This document shows, one piece after another, positions 1-14,649 of a stretch of DNA of 64,000 nt. Both the position numbers and the translations under genes were made by a program. The notes under the pieces were generated by a model. The model made no database searches and had not been told where the DNA came from. It saw only the letters and a list, made by a program, of their open reading frames with translations. Origin of the DNA: Eledone cirrhosa (taxonomy: Eukaryota); NCBI GenBank assembly GCA_964016885.1, contig OZ024741.1:187612001-187676000 (forward strand), written 5' to 3'. Each line of letters starts with the position of its first letter. The stretch's first letter is position 1.

Positions 1-107
1 AGACTCTCTTTCTATTATATCAAGCGTTAAACTAATGTACTTCTTCATAGTACTGGGCTGTTTGCTTTGTTGATTCCATTTACATTATATATATATATAT
101 ATATATA

Positions 108-433
108 TCATCATCATCATCATCATCATTTTACGTCCACTTTTCCCTGCTTGCAAGGGTGGGACGGGAACTGATTATGGCTTGATTTCTACAGCTGGAT
201 GCCCTTCCTAACACCTACCTCATTTACAGTGAGTGCTGGGTGCTTTTCTGCCGTGGCACCTCCACGACCACTTTGCAGTGGAATGATAGGGACCCCAGTC
301 CTATCATCTCATTTCTACAGCTGAGTAAACTGGAGCAATGTGAAATAAAGTGTCTTGCTCAAGGAAACAACACATCACCCGGTCTGAGAATTGAACTCAC
401 AACCTTTCGATTGCGAGACCAATGCTCTAACCA

Positions 434-436
<3 letters not shown>
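108..436 (-). mobile_element. CORE-SINE copy, inverted relative to 778-1120
   Basis: Near-identical reverse complement of 790-1120; its ORF translation overlaps that of the other copy. Confidence 0.8.
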
Positions 437-509
<73 letters not shown>

Positions 510-777
510 AAAGGAAAATGATAAAGAGAAAAGGGTTTGAAAAGCACACCTGGTATATATATAAATGATCTTTATAATATGTACAAAGATGGATGCTAAA
601 AATTCATGTTAGCAAAGCCTGTTTCCCAGTTTTGCATTATCAAAACATTTGTTATTAGGTTAAATTGTTTTTTTCATTGAAACTCCTGCATGCTGATTCT
701 CTCTCTCCCTCTCTCTCTCTATATATATATGATATATATATAATATATACATATATATGATATTTATATATATATAA

Positions 778-1120
778 TGGAAGCACATGGCTTAGTGGTT
801 AGAGCATTGGCCTTGCAATCGAAAGGTTGTGAGTTCAATTCTCAGACCGGGTGATGTGTTGTTTCCTTGAGCAAGACACTTTATTTCACATTGCTCCAGT
901 TTTCTCAGCTGTAGAAATGAGATGATAGGGACTGGGGTCCCTATCATTCCACTGTAAAGTGGTCGTGGAGGTGCCACGGCAAGAAAGCACCCAGCACTCA
1001 CTGTAAATGAGGCTGGTGTTAGGAAGGGCATCCAGCTGTAGAAATCAAGCCAGAATCAGTTCCCGTCCCACCCTTGCAAGCAGGGAAAAGGGGACGTAAA
1101 ATGAAATGATGATGATGATG
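778..1120 (+). mobile_element. tRNA-derived CORE-SINE with RTE-type tail
   Basis: A box TGGCTTAGTGG, B box GAGTTCAATTC, CORE-like CCTTGAGCAAGACACTT...CAGCTGTAGAAATG, then GGTGTTAGGAAGGGCATCCAG and a (TGA)n tail. Confidence 0.8.
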
Positions 1121-1456
1121 ATATATATAGAGAGAGAGAGAGAGACGGGGGGGGGGAGAAAATAAACATTAAATGGTGAAGGTGATAATGATATATATAT
1201 ATATATATACATATATATATGGTGTCACAATTATAGGCTGCCAATACATGACACAGAGTGGTTAGCATTAGCAGGGGCATCCAAACAAAAGATTCATGAC
1301 AAAATAGAACATATGAGCAAGACAAGGTCATCTGATTTGTGAAGTTTCTACATGTTCACCTATCAAATTCATGCAAACACATGGTAAATAAACAAAAAAA
1401 ATGGTGATGTTGCTGCTACTCATGATAACGATAATATATACATAGGTATTTATGTA

Positions 1457-1492
<36 letters not shown>

Positions 1493-1763
1493 CATGTATA
1501 TATATTTGTGTGTGTGTGTGTCTGTGTGTGTAGAGAGAGAGAGAGTAAATATTTATTGTAAGTACAGACTAAAGTTTAAGCAAAGAATAGCAGCTTTCAT
1601 CCATAACAGGATCTCCCGAAGATCCCATTAAGGGTGAAAGCAGTGATTCTTTGCTTAAACTTTAATCTGTACTTATAATAAATAAATCATCACCATCATC
1701 ATCATCATCATCATCATCGTTTAACGTCCATCTTCCACGCTTGCATATATATATAGATATATA

Positions 1764-1806
<43 letters not shown>

Positions 1807-3279
1807 TGTATGTGCATGTGTGTGTGAGCATATGTATGTACAAATAGGTAAGTATATATATATATATACATACACACACACTGTTGACTGATTCACACTG
1901 GTATGAGCATATATCACTGGTATGCATATTAATAACCCCAGAGAGATAAAAGACAATATATTTCAGCCATCGTTTGAATTTAAACCAAATACAAATAAAC
2001 AACTGAACAAATAAATCCATTACTATCTACTACATCTTAATATCAATTATAAAGATTGATTTGGAGGTCTTAATTCCTTTCCCAAATCTGTGAGTTTCTG
2101 TTATATAATGTATTTAAAACTGAATCTACACAGAGTTTTCTCTTACACTACTGCAAACGTATTGTTGTGTCAGAGTAGAAAATATCACTGAACTCTAGAA
2201 AATACCACTTCACTGTAATAACCACTGTTGTAATATATAGAAAATACTGCTGCACTATGGAAAATACTGCTGCACTATGGAAAATACTACTGCACTATAG
2301 AAAATACCACTGCTTCATAGAAATGACGACACTGTGTCAGTACAAAAAAATAACTACATCATAGAAAAACTATTACTCCTCCAACATAATAAATATTTTG
2401 TTGCATCACTAGAGAACTTTGCATTACATTCCACACATTAAGAATGAAGAACTGGATAGTAGAGAGAGAGAGGGAGAGAGAGAGTGTGTGTGAGAGAGAG
2501 AGAGGGTGAGAGAGTATGTGAGAGAGAGAGAGAGAGGCAGCTATATTGGTGCTCAGTGTACACACACACACACACACTTCATTATTGCATCACTTCACAC
2601 AACTTATGCCGTACACGATAACAGAGCTTTAACATAGCAACTACACTGGGCTAGATGTAGCAGCTAAAATTTATCTCAATATACAGCCTACTGTCTGCAT
2701 AAAAAACGGAAAAGCACATTGATTAATGTATTCCTAGATACATTATGTCAGAAAATGTAAAATGAGATAGTTATGGTTCGAACTCTATATCTGAATATAA
2801 AGACTAGCTGGTCATGGCTGGAATATATTTGATCATTGGCTCGATGTATTAAAGGTGAACTGGGGCTAAACAACAGCATCAGCAACTTGTGTACCCTACT
2901 ACTTCATAAATTCACAAATCTAGCAACAGCTGCATCAGAAAGTACACTAGCATGAAAAAGTATTTCCAACTGCACTATTGCTGCATTAAGAGCACAGTGG
3001 CACTCTTATTACATCAACAGTGCAGTTGCACTATTGCTGCAATACAGTATACTTAAGAAAGGTAAAGTGTTTTGATTCACATATGAGGGAAAATAGAGCA
3101 GTGTGGTTAGTTTAATATGGGTAATATGCAGTTTAAAATGTGTTTCATCCATATAATATATTTTGTTGCATCACTAGAGAACTTTGCATTACATTCTACA
3201 CATTAAGAATGAAGAACTGGATAGTAGAGAGAGAGAGGGAGAGAGAGTGTGCGTGAGAGAGAGAGAGAGAGAGGGAGAG

Positions 3280-3332
<53 letters not shown>

Positions 3333-3335
<3 letters not shown>

Positions 3336-3613
3336 GGTGATGTGTTGTTTCCTTGAGCAAGAGACTTTATTTCACATTGCTCCAGTTTACTCAGCTGTAG
3401 AAATGAGATGATAGAGACTGGGGTCCCTATCATTCCACTGCAAAGTGGTCATGGAGGTGCCACGGCAAAAAAGCACCCAGCACTCACTGTAAATGAGGTT
3501 GGTGTTAGGAAGGGCATCCAGCTGTAGAAATCAAGCCAGAATCAGTTCCCGTCCCACCCTTGCAAGCAGGGAAAAGCGGACGTAAAATGAAATGATGATG
3601 AAATGATGATGAT
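3333..3613 (+). mobile_element. 5'-truncated CORE-SINE copy (3' fragment also at 18567-18680; older copies near 41930, 56850, 60040)
   Basis: High identity to 850-1120; inserted within (TA)n. Confidence 0.8.
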
Positions 3614-3644
3614 ATATATATATATATATATTATATATAGCTAT

Positions 3645-3684
<40 letters not shown>

Positions 3685-4629
3685 ATATATATATATAGTA
3701 ATAATAATAAATTTGAAGGCTAAAATCCAAAGAGGGCTCGATAAGGATAAATATATATCAAATATATAAGAACCGTAAAGCAAATATTTATTAAAATAAC
3801 AGATTAAAGTTTAAGCAAAGAATCGCTGCTTTCACCCTTTTAGTTTCAGAAGATCCCGTTAAGGGTGAAAGCAGCGATTATTTGAATAAATATATATATA
3901 TATATATAACAGAGGAGTTGTGGTAAGGAACCAGATGGACCATAATGCACCAGAGTACTCAATACTTAGGGTAGTAGAGTGGGTAATAGGAGAAAGTATG
4001 ACCCCGACGGCAGAGCTCAAGCCGTTTTGATGGCTATTTCTGGACTATTTCTTAGACGGTATATATATATATATATACCGTCTAACCCATGCTAGCATGG
4101 AAGATAGACATTAAACAATGATGATGATATATATAATTGTTTCTACTTTTGACACAAGGCCAGCAATTGCCCCCAGTGCATTACTGATGCTTTATTCTAT
4201 CAACCCCATAAGGATGAAAGGCAATGTTAACCTCGATGGGATTTGAACTCAGAATGTAAAGGGCCGTAACTCTATGTCGCAAAGCAAGGTGTCCGACACT
4301 CTACCAATACTGCCAATCCACTGCCCTGTATATCAAATAATAAAGGAATGTAACTGTCCAAATCAGTCCAGCTTACCAACATGTAGTGTTTAGTATTATG
4401 GGTTGTGGTCAGAGTCAGATTTAGGCATAAACTAAATAGGTCACAACAACAGAAGCCTCAAAATGATTAAAAATCATTTATGTTTTTAACTTTTGTGACA
4501 ACTTTTGGTTAATCTTTTAACATGAGGCCTCCAGCATTTATATGCCGAAAGGGTGATGTTTGTAAGTCTGGATGTTGCACTCTCTGTTATTCTTGTTGTA
4601 TTGCAGACAGGTAATTGGTCAAGCAACTA

Positions 4630-4837
4630 GGGATGACTGACAGATCTCCTGAAAGGAAGCTGCAGTAGAGGAAGACCAACAATGACCTGGGCAGAAATGG
4701 TTAGAGCTGATCTCAAACTTCTGAACCGCATAGTGGCATTGATGAAGGAATGCATCATGGAGAGAGGTTGAGCTGGAAAGGACCTAGCCAACCCATGCAA
4801 GCATAGAAAAGTTAACATAAAATGATGAAAATGATGG
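4630..4837 (+). mobile_element. RTE LINE 3' terminus
   Basis: GSCSRGRPTMTWAEMVRADLK followed by ACCCATGCAAGCATAGAAAA..ATGATGA tail. Confidence 0.6.
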
Positions 4838-6399
4838 TATACCATGTGTCAACCTTACTGAGGCATACTTTGACATACAGAGCTAAATAGTAAGTGCTGC
4901 AGTTTGACTTTTTACACATACTGCACTCTCTTCACTGACCCCTTAATTTCTGTACACCTGCTGTTTTTTTGTATATTATCATTGATTAGTCAGACAAAGA
5001 GGTAAGGAAGAAGGGAAAGAAGAAAGTACCATCAAACTAGAAACCTATCCCAAATGGGTGACAGATTAAGTCTACTGCAACAGGATTTGAACTCAGAATG
5101 CAAGGAGCTGGAACAAATACTGCAAGCATCTAATTCAATGTCATAATGATTCTGACAATCCATTTCACTGTTACTCTATCTATTGACTCTGGGAAGATGG
5201 AAAGCAAAGTTGAAAATAGCAGGATTTCAACTAAGATCACATGGATCCAAGATAAACACAACAAAGTATTTTGGTTAATATTCTAACAACTCTGTTAATA
5301 TTCTATCACTAACTGTTGTTGTTGTTGTGTAACCAACCCCATGTCAGATTTGATGAAGCAGTTGTGTGATGCCGAGGTGTTAACCAAGCAGCTTAAGCAT
5401 GGCAAAGAGATCTGTTGTTCCAGATCTGTTCATCTGTAGACACTGGATTAGAGAGCGGTGATAGGCAAGGTGGTCTTGGTTATAATGCAATAGTTGCTGT
5501 TCCAGATACAACTGATTTTTACATAAAAGTAATTATACAGTCAGAGACCATTGTAGTAGTGATAGGAGATAGAGAATGATGAGAGGGCACACCTCAAGGG
5601 AAGGTAAAGTGTATGGTGAAGTGTGTGAGGCTTTGTTTATAAGGTGGATGACCTCTCATAGTCTTATGGATAAATCAAGAATGTGTATATGCATCTGTAT
5701 GATTGCTTATGTACACATCTGTTTGTGAATGCAGCATGACTGAATGGTTTAGAGGTTCAGTTTACACTCATTAGGTTCCAGGTTCAATCCCACTGTGAAG
5801 CATCTTGGGCAAGTGCCATTTACCATAGCCTCAGGTCATTCCATACCATGTGAGAGAAAATTGGTAGATGAAAACTGTTTGGAAGCACATCAGATGAACT
5901 GTACCCGTAATTCAAAGGCCCAGCTGTGTCACACACTGTCATGCTGAGTATTCCTGAGAATTACAGTAAAGATACACACATCTGTAGAATGCTCAGCCAC
6001 TTACATGTTAATTTCCTGATCTGGCTGTGCCATTGATTGAACAACAGGAACAATCATCATTGAGACTGACAGAGGTTCATCAATTCAGTTTGATGTGTAT
6101 GTTGATGGATTGTGTGTGTGTGATGTATGGACCCTGATATGAATAGGTTTATCAGTGCAGAAGAAAGGTCACCATTATCATCATCACTACCACCACCATT
6201 GTGTGCATTTGAAACACTGAATAACTAGCAATAGGTTTTAGTGTATTATTGAACCAAGTTCAAACCCTATCAACAGTAGAGTAGGTAACCAATGAAATAA
6301 GGTCTTGAGCTCATTTTTGAGAGCAGAAACTCCATATTAGAACTGACTCAGTCCATATCAGAACTGACCGGTCCAACTCATGTCACTAAGGAAGTTGAT

Positions 6400-6427
6400 G
6401 GTGATGATGATGATGATGGTGATGACA

Positions 6428-6480
<53 letters not shown>

Positions 6481-6582
6481 ATGATGACGACGATGATGAT
6501 GATAACATTAGGATAACAACAATTATAACAACAATTTCAATGTCTCTCCTTGACCTTCATCTGAAACTCTCCAAAATTTAAT

Positions 6583-6653
<71 letters not shown>

Positions 6654-8029
6654 ATCCACAAACACTTGATTCAGTCAAACCCACTTACTTTTACTCCATT
6701 CCACACACTTGACATAGTCCCACTCACACTCAAACCACTATCACTAGTGCCATCATCATAACTATTTTCATCATTAACACATGCCATCATCACCATTACT
6801 TATTAACATCATCATCACTGTTGTTATCACTATCACCACCACCACCACCACCACCACCACCACCACCACTACCACAATCAGCATTATCATCATCATCATC
6901 ATCATCATTACCACTGTTGTTATCACTATCATTATCAACATCACCATCGCTATCACCACCATCATCATCAACACTACCACCACCATCATCATTATCAACA
7001 TCATTACCAACATCACCACCACCACTATCATCATCATCATCATCATCATCATCACCAATATTAGTCATCAACATTTTCATTATGATCACCAATGTCATTA
7101 GCATCAGCATCAGCATCACTTTTACCATCATTACTCTTATATCACCATCATCATCATCATCATCACCATCACCACCATCAGCCGCCGCCAGCACCACCAC
7201 CACCACCGCTACCACCACCACCACCGCTGCCACCACCACCAAAGTATGGTAACTGCAACACCACCACCACCACTGCTGCCACCACCACCACTACCACCAC
7301 CACCACCGCTGCCACCACCACCAAAGTATGGTAACTGCAACACCACCACCACCACCACCACTGCTGCCACCACCACCACTACCACCACCACCACCGCTGC
7401 CACCACCACCAAAGTATGGTAACTGCAACACCACCACCACCACCACCACTGCTGCCACCACCACCACTACCACCACCACCACTGCTGCCACCACCACCAA
7501 AGTATGGTAACTGCAACACCACCACCACCACCACCACTGCTGCCACCACCACCACTACCACCACCACCACCGCTGCCACCACCACCAAAGTATGGTAACT
7601 GCAACACCACCACCACCACTGCTGCCTACTTGCCAGATTCATAACCCTTTAAACACCCTTACACACACACACACACATATAAACAATCACAACACTCACA
7701 CACACACACTCAACAATACACACATACAGACAGGAAGGAAGATGGAAATAGGTGGAGGGGGAAGGGAAGATAGCAACAATAAGAGAGGAGAGCAGAAGAA
7801 TAGCAGGAGGGAGGGCAAAGAGGTGTCATTGGGAGGGGCTGCACGGCGGGGGGGGGGGCGACATAGGGAGAGATGTAGAGGTGGTGGGGGTGGCGATAGG
7901 GTGGAAGAGGAGGGAGGAAGGGAGAGAGTGATGAAGAGGCTGGGATCATGGATGCTGGGCAGATGTAAACACATGCCTGGCTGACACGTCACTTTGTTTA
8001 CAACAATTTCAGCCAGTCAGTCCAGAAAT

Positions 8030-8080
<51 letters not shown>

Positions 8081-9480
8081 GACAAAGACAGACATACACA
8101 TATAGACAGACACATACTAAAATGCAAACACACACATACACACAGAGGCTCACATACAGTCACAGACAGAGAGGCTCACATACAGTCATAGACACATACA
8201 CATACACATACACAGAGGCTCACATACAGACACAGACAGAGAGGCTCACATACAGTCATAGACACATACACATACAGAGAGGCTCACATACAGACACAGA
8301 CACATACACATACACATACACAGAGGCTCACATACAGATACATACAGGTGGAGATGAGGTTAGGATGTAACCCATTCCAAAACTTAGATTACAACACTGT
8401 ACTGTATCACGACTACCACCACCACTACCACCACTACCACCACTGTTCATCAAACCACATTGCACCATACAGTATACTGCCTGCTGAAGACCTTCAGCAA
8501 CATACCGCAAGCCCTAGTGCAATTCACAGACACAAACTGTACATCACTACCATTTGCACACCCAACACCACCACCATCACCGACACCGTCACCATCACCG
8601 TCACTATTAACATTACCATCACCATCACCATTAACATCATCAGCTTCACCATTACTATCACCATCACCATCGCCATCACCATCAACCATCGCCATCACCA
8701 TCGCCATCACCATCACCATCGCCATCACCATCAACCATCACCATCACCATCGCCATCACCATCAACCATCACCATCGCCATCAACCATCACCATCACCAT
8801 CGCCATCGCCATCGCCATCACCATCAACCATCGCCATCGCCATCACCATCACCATCGCCATCACCATCAACCATCGCCATCAACCATCGCCATCACCATC
8901 ACCATCACCATCGCCATCACCATCAACCATCGCCATCAACCATCGCCATCAACCATCACCATCACCATCACCATCACCATTGCCATCATCATCAACATCA
9001 TCGTCATCGTCATCATCAGAAAATAGAAAAAGTGTCAAGCCAGCAGACGGACTGACAGATATATTGAGATGTAACAAAAGGGAGTTCTCCACCAACACCA
9101 CTACCAATATCATCCCTAACCCTCATCATCACCATTATCATCATCAAAGTTGTCACCAAGACTATACACATCATCATCATCATCATCATCATCATCACCA
9201 CCACTGTTACTACCATCCTACCATCCTACCACCATGATCATTAATCTAGGAGACATTCAGAGAATTGTTGGGACAAACATACAAGCAGACTGATAGACAG
9301 ATAGACTGAGGGATGGATACAGTAAACAGAAGTGGGGTGGGGTGGGGGGTCGGGGGTCGCAAAAACACCACCACCACCACCACCACCACCACCACCCTAC
9401 ACACATATCTGCTCCTCTTTCTCTTTATTTATCTTTCTACCAGCACCACTACTACCATTATCACCATCACCCTACCATCC
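6400..9480. repeat. Low-complexity (GAT)/(CAC)/(CAT)/(CA)n region
   Basis: Trinucleotide arrays producing poly-T/H/P/I ORF artefacts. Confidence 0.9.
7190..7625. repeat. ~88-bp composite tandem repeat of (CAC)n with an AAAGTATGGTAACTGCAA spacer (5 spacers)
   Basis: Spacer recurs at about 7241, 7323, 7411, 7499 and 7587. Confidence 0.9.
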
Positions 9481-9799
9481 TCCAGAGCCTACCACAAACA
9501 AAAGTTACCATCTCTAATACTATCTCAATAAGATGCCACAGACAGACAGATATTACAGAAAAATAAGAGACAATTAGAGAGACAAAAGGAGAGAAGTGAG
9601 AGAGAGGAAGAGTAAAAGGAGAGAAAGCTGACAAAAGAAATTGGATGAGAGAGTGAGGAGAGGACTGAGGAAACACAAAGCAAAAAAATGTCAAAACATA
9701 TTATTCCTGGCCTCTGGGACTATCCACACACACAAACACACATTCATATATATATATATCTTCCACTAGGATAGGAGTAAATCAGAAAAAAGCAATATT

Positions 9800-10545
9800 T
9801 GAAGAATATGGTCAGCTGGAATTTGTAGATGGCATAGTGTTGCTTAACTCAACAGGGGAAGGGGTGATCCCCGACTTGAGCTTGATGAGTTTGATGCCGG
9901 GTGCTTCATGGCTGGAATGAAAATCGGTGCTGCAAAAACTCAGACACACATCTTCTCAAGGAAGCATGTGCAGTGTACTCTATACGTGAATGGATTTCCA
10001 CTGAAGCAGGTGGAGAAGTATCTCGGAGTCATGTTCACGAGTAATGGAAGGCAGGAGGCTGAACTGAGTGCAAGAATAGCAGAAGCTGGTGAGGTAATAC
10101 ATCAGCTTCAGCATTCGGTAGGGAGTTAGGTGTAAGCACCAAACTCGCTATCTTCAATTCAGTATTTGTGCCAACCCTTACCTATGATCATGAATATTGG
10201 GTAATGACAGAAAAAATATGATTGCGAATACAAGTGGTCAAAATGAGGTTCCTCCGAAGTGTCTTTGGAGTAATGTTACTTGATAGAGTGCGTAGCTCAC
10301 AGACCACAAAGTTACTCCAGGTAGAGCTGCTACTACTTCTCCGAATTGAGGGATCACAACTCTGATACTATGGGCGTGTGGTTAGAATGTCTCAGATCCT
10401 AAACAAGATGGTTGGATAAAATCCATGAGCTCAGCTGGTCTCACTTAGGGATCCAGCCAGACCAGTTGGAAATGGTTACTTCTGACAGGACTCGCTGGAA
10501 GGAGTGTGTGAGGACTCTTCCCCCATGATCCTATCAGGAGGAGGA
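9800..10545 (+). mobile_element. Degraded RTE-clade LINE (RT C-terminal part and 3' end)
   Basis: Frameshifted translation GMKIGAAKTQ...LKQVEKYLGV...TKLAIFNSVFVPTLTYDHEYW...MRFLRSV...YYGRVVRM, typical of non-LTR RTE ORF2. Confidence 0.8.
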
Positions 10546-11957
10546 GTAGGATAGGAGAAGGAGGAGGAGGAAGGGGAGAAGGAGGAAGAGATTTTCTTAG
10601 GCAATAGAATAGAATGCTTTACGATATTCCTTTCCGCTCACTGAGTTCGAAACCCATCAAAGTCAACTTTGCCTCTCATCCTCTGGCGGTTGATAGAAAA
10701 GTACCTGACCAATACTGGGAGTTGATTTATCCTCTATATCCCTTTCCCACTCTTTCTCCTTCCCTGGAAAAAATTGGCTGTGTTCAAACCTGTAGAGGGA
10801 ATGAGCTTTGCCAGGTTTTAAATACCTAAGACACACCATATGTCACTGTGGTACCCCTACAACTACAGATATTGCAGCTCCATACAAATATTGTTTCATA
10901 AAAGGGTGGACAACAATTTTGCAATGCAACTACATGGTCTGGGTTTCAATTCCACTGTACAGCACCTGAGATGCAGAGGCGTAACTAGGGCATGGTAAGC
11001 ATGACATGTGCCATGGCATCACATGAAGGGGGGGTTCCACTTTGACTAGGAGCACGTTCTATTAAAGTCAAATGAGCCTCGTTGGAGAGTGAAAAAAGTA
11101 ACTCCTTCAGATGTATGATCTATCTCTGGTTATCATGGGTGAGAACTCTATGGTGCCTAGATCATTAAACCATTTATATAAATTATTAGGCCCAAAGGTA
11201 AAAATACAGTGCTGGGCAAGGGCGCAATTTCACTGCTTGCCATAGGTGCTATTTTCCTTAGTTGTGCCTGTCTTCTACTATAGCTTCAGCAAGGGTTCAA
11301 CAGTTCAAATTGGGAGAAAGTGATGAGTAATTGAGTACATTTTATCATGCCATAAGCATGGACTAAATTGTTTTGTCTCTACATTTCACTTTGTCTACAG
11401 TGAGAACACATACAGCAAAGGATCCTATTCAACCCTCAAACAATTCCATCAGTCTATCAGGAATCTATTTATTATAAACCTTGGAAAAATGAAAGTTGAC
11501 AAACACTTAATAATGACTACATTAGATATAACTTATAACTCAAAATTCTTGATTATTTTCAAAAAAGAAATATGGTAACAAAATTCTTGATTATTTTCAA
11601 AAAAGAAATATGGTAACAAATGGGTTAATGACTCAATTAGTTAGCAGCCTTAACTGGAGTTGACTTGGTGTATTTTGTGATAATATAAGATCTGTAAATG
11701 TCAATGTTAATGTCAATTCAAATGACTACACACCAGTCCATATTTTTTGGTCTATATCAATTATAGTTGTTATTATTGATATTATTATTATTGTTATTAA
11801 TATTTTTAGTAATCAGCAGTGGATTGACAAAATCATTGAAATGGACGACTCAGTTTCAATGAGTGTTCCAGTTGTTCAATCCATGGCAAAAAATCCAGCT
11901 TACTCATGAAATTAACATACAAGTGGCTGAACATTCCACAGAAACATGTACCCTTAA

Positions 11958-12388
11958 CCCATTTAACCCTTTAGCATTCACATTACTATATATCTACGAT
12001 TGTATTTTCGCAGTAAAGGTTTTACCTCACATAATTATTCACATTGAATCTATGAGATTTTGATGATTTTATTATTTACTTTGAAAACAAGACCTTAACA
12101 TCAGTATGAGTGGCTAGTTATGGCCGGTTTTAACAAAAAGAGGTGAGAGAATTCTGGCTGGATATGGCCTGTTTAAATGCTAAAGGGTTAAACCGGACAT
12201 ATCCGGCCAGAATTCTCTCACTGCTTTCTGTTCAAACCGGCTGTAACCAACTAATGTTAAAGTATTGTTCTTAAAATAAATGATATCAAAATCTCATGAA
12301 TTTGATATTATGTGAGATAATTATGTGAGCTAATCCTTTTACCATGAAAATATAATAGTAAATATAGAGTAATGCAAATACTAAAGGG
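11958..12388. mobile_element. Nested piggyBac-type (TTAA) MITEs inside a SINE; another copy at 15335-15544
   Basis: TTAA-CCCTTTAGCATT...AATGCTAAAGGG-TTAA (11967-12187) sits in the TTAA near the left end of an oppositely oriented copy that ends AAAGGG-TTAA at 12388-12392. Confidence 0.7.
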
Positions 12389-13524
12389 TTAATGTAATTC
12401 TCAAGAATATTCAGTATGAGACTGTATGACAAGGCTGGTTCTTTAAATTATAGGTGCAATGCATCAAAATCTTCCAAACAGTTTCTCTCTACCCTATTTC
12501 ACTGAAAAGATGTGGGTCAACCCAAGGCTATTATGGTAAATGACACTTGCACACAGTGGGATCAAACCCAGGGTCACATGATTTGAAGCAAACTTCATAA
12601 ACATTGAGCCATGCTGTGTTCATGACAAAATCGTTAGGGTCAAATAAAACACTTTGCTATATTGTTCAAGTTCTTTACATTTTGATTTCAAATCCAACCA
12701 AGGTGAACTTTGCCATTCATCCTTTTGGAGTTAATAAAGTAGAAGTCGAAAGCAATGGATTCGAGGAATCGTTGGAGTATTGAACAAGATGCCTTCCCAT
12801 ATCTGTTTCAAAACTATGTTCTGAGTTCAAATTCTATCTCCTTCCTATTACCTGTTTCCTCATGGCAGGAAATGGGTTATTTTGGGATGTGCGTAATTAT
12901 TGTGATGCCAGGCTTACACATTGATGATAACATCCCTGTTACATTAATAAAGCAAGCAGACTCTGCATAAAGCAGGATAAACAATAGGACAAAAAAAAAA
13001 AAGGTTCTGAAGTCAATAGAATACAATACATACTAGTAATACACTGGAGGTCATGTTATAAATGTGAAATTTAATACTTAAAACAATATAAATTTGTTTT
13101 AGTGGAAGAAAAATAAAATACTAATATTGAAAATACTACAAAGATAAAAAATATACATGACTGTAAATTATTCTATCGACACCTGGAAGGTAAATTTAGG
13201 CCAAAGTCAACAATAGTGTGATGAGAACCTAAATAAACAAAGCTGTACACTGTAAAGATATTTTAGTCTCATACACAAACACATGGTTTGAATTTATCTC
13301 AACAGGCCTGATACACTTTTTTCTTTCTCACATTGGTGATTATCATATGTAATTTCATTTTAAATACACATACACATCATCATCATCCTTTTTGTCATTA
13401 CTCAATGCCAATAGCACCTGCCATCAAAAACCAACATCACAAATAAAACCACCAATACTATCACCATCATCATGATCATCATCACCACCACCTACACTAC
13501 CATGATCATCACCTTCATTATCAT

Positions 13525-14170
13525 TTTAAATCCATTATTTTTCCATGCTTGCATAGATTGGAGTCTTCTCCAGCACAATATCTCACCACTTTTTACTATC
13601 ATTTGTCATCTCCTTCGTGGGATTTAGTCTTTTGAGATGGGCTTTCACTACTTCTCATGCTTTAGTTGGTCTTCTACAGTTGCCTTTCACATGGATTAAC
13701 TAGCACTTCTTTACCAAACTTTCGTCATCTACACACATCACATTTCTGTACAAATCCAGTCGTCTCTTTTCCACACTATATCTGATTCTTCTCATGCTAG
13801 GCTTTACTTTCAACTCCTTTGGGCAACCCTCTTTCATGCACACAGACATTACAAATTCAAAAGAGTATTTTTGCTTCATTTCTTCCCATCTTTTCCACAT
13901 CCTCTGCAATCGATGCCCATGTCTCACTACCACGTTATATTTTACTTCAGATACAAACATCATAAAATGTCCCCATCACATGAAGAGAGAATCACTTTGT
14001 TACCAGCAGATGTAAAAGTTCCATGAACTTTTTCCACCCTGTTCTTTCTCTGACTACTATGCTTTCGGAACACCTTTCTCTACTGCTGATCTTGTTATCA
14101 AAGCAACAGAACCTATCAACTACTTCAAAAGACCCTTTTGAATATTTGAAAGAATTTATTTTAGAGTGAT
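13525..14170 (-). mobile_element. Degraded RTE LINE 3' portion
   Basis: Minus-strand remnants FEVVDRFC, GWKKFMELL, GSETW, RRLDLYRNVM..DDESLVKKC, ending in the CAAGCATGGAAAA..(TGA)n tail shared with the SINEs. Confidence 0.7.
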
Positions 14171-14302
14171 TTACTGTTAATTACTCCTGTGTACTAGCTA
14201 TATACAAATTCTTTCTTTTCTGGCAGTCTGCCTGAGAACACATTGAGATAGGAATGAAAAAGAAAAGGAGAGAAAGAGAGGAGCAGTGGTCTGACAGAGA
14301 AG

Positions 14303-14346
<44 letters not shown>

Positions 14347-14649
14347 ACACTCATATATACATATTTACATATGGAGAGAGAGAGAGAAACAGATAAAGAG
14401 AGGAGATGATGTAGAGAGAAGGCATCTTTAGTTCTTTAAGTAGTTTGAAATGTTGATTCCATTGATGCGGTGAAAAACTAGCATCATATCCTAGCTGTAT
14501 TGTATCTCTCATCTGTTTAATGTAATGCTACAACAAAATTTGTACATCTAAACATTGTCATTTTATGTGACCCTATATAAATAAACTATACAATATTATC
14601 TTTCATAAAAGCCTGTCATTTATATCTACTTAAACAATTGTATTTTCTG

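Noticed and set aside
778-850. tRNA gene
   Set aside because: A and B boxes belong to a SINE head that continues into a CORE domain; no complete acceptor stem.
2395-3280. Duplication 2395-2530 / 3160-3280 as a mobile element with long target repeats
   Set aside because: No terminal structure between the copies; looks like a simple local duplication.
7190-7625. CRISPR-like repeat-spacer array
   Set aside because: The spacers are near-identical CAC runs, the context is eukaryotic and there are no cas genes.
6774-9566. Poly-His/Pro/Thr ORFs resembling extensin or mucin
   Set aside because: Trinucleotide arrays open in several frames on both strands; no unique coding content.
9908-10129. 73-aa ORF as a host gene exon
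   Set aside because: It is an in-frame piece of a frameshifted RTE LINE relic.
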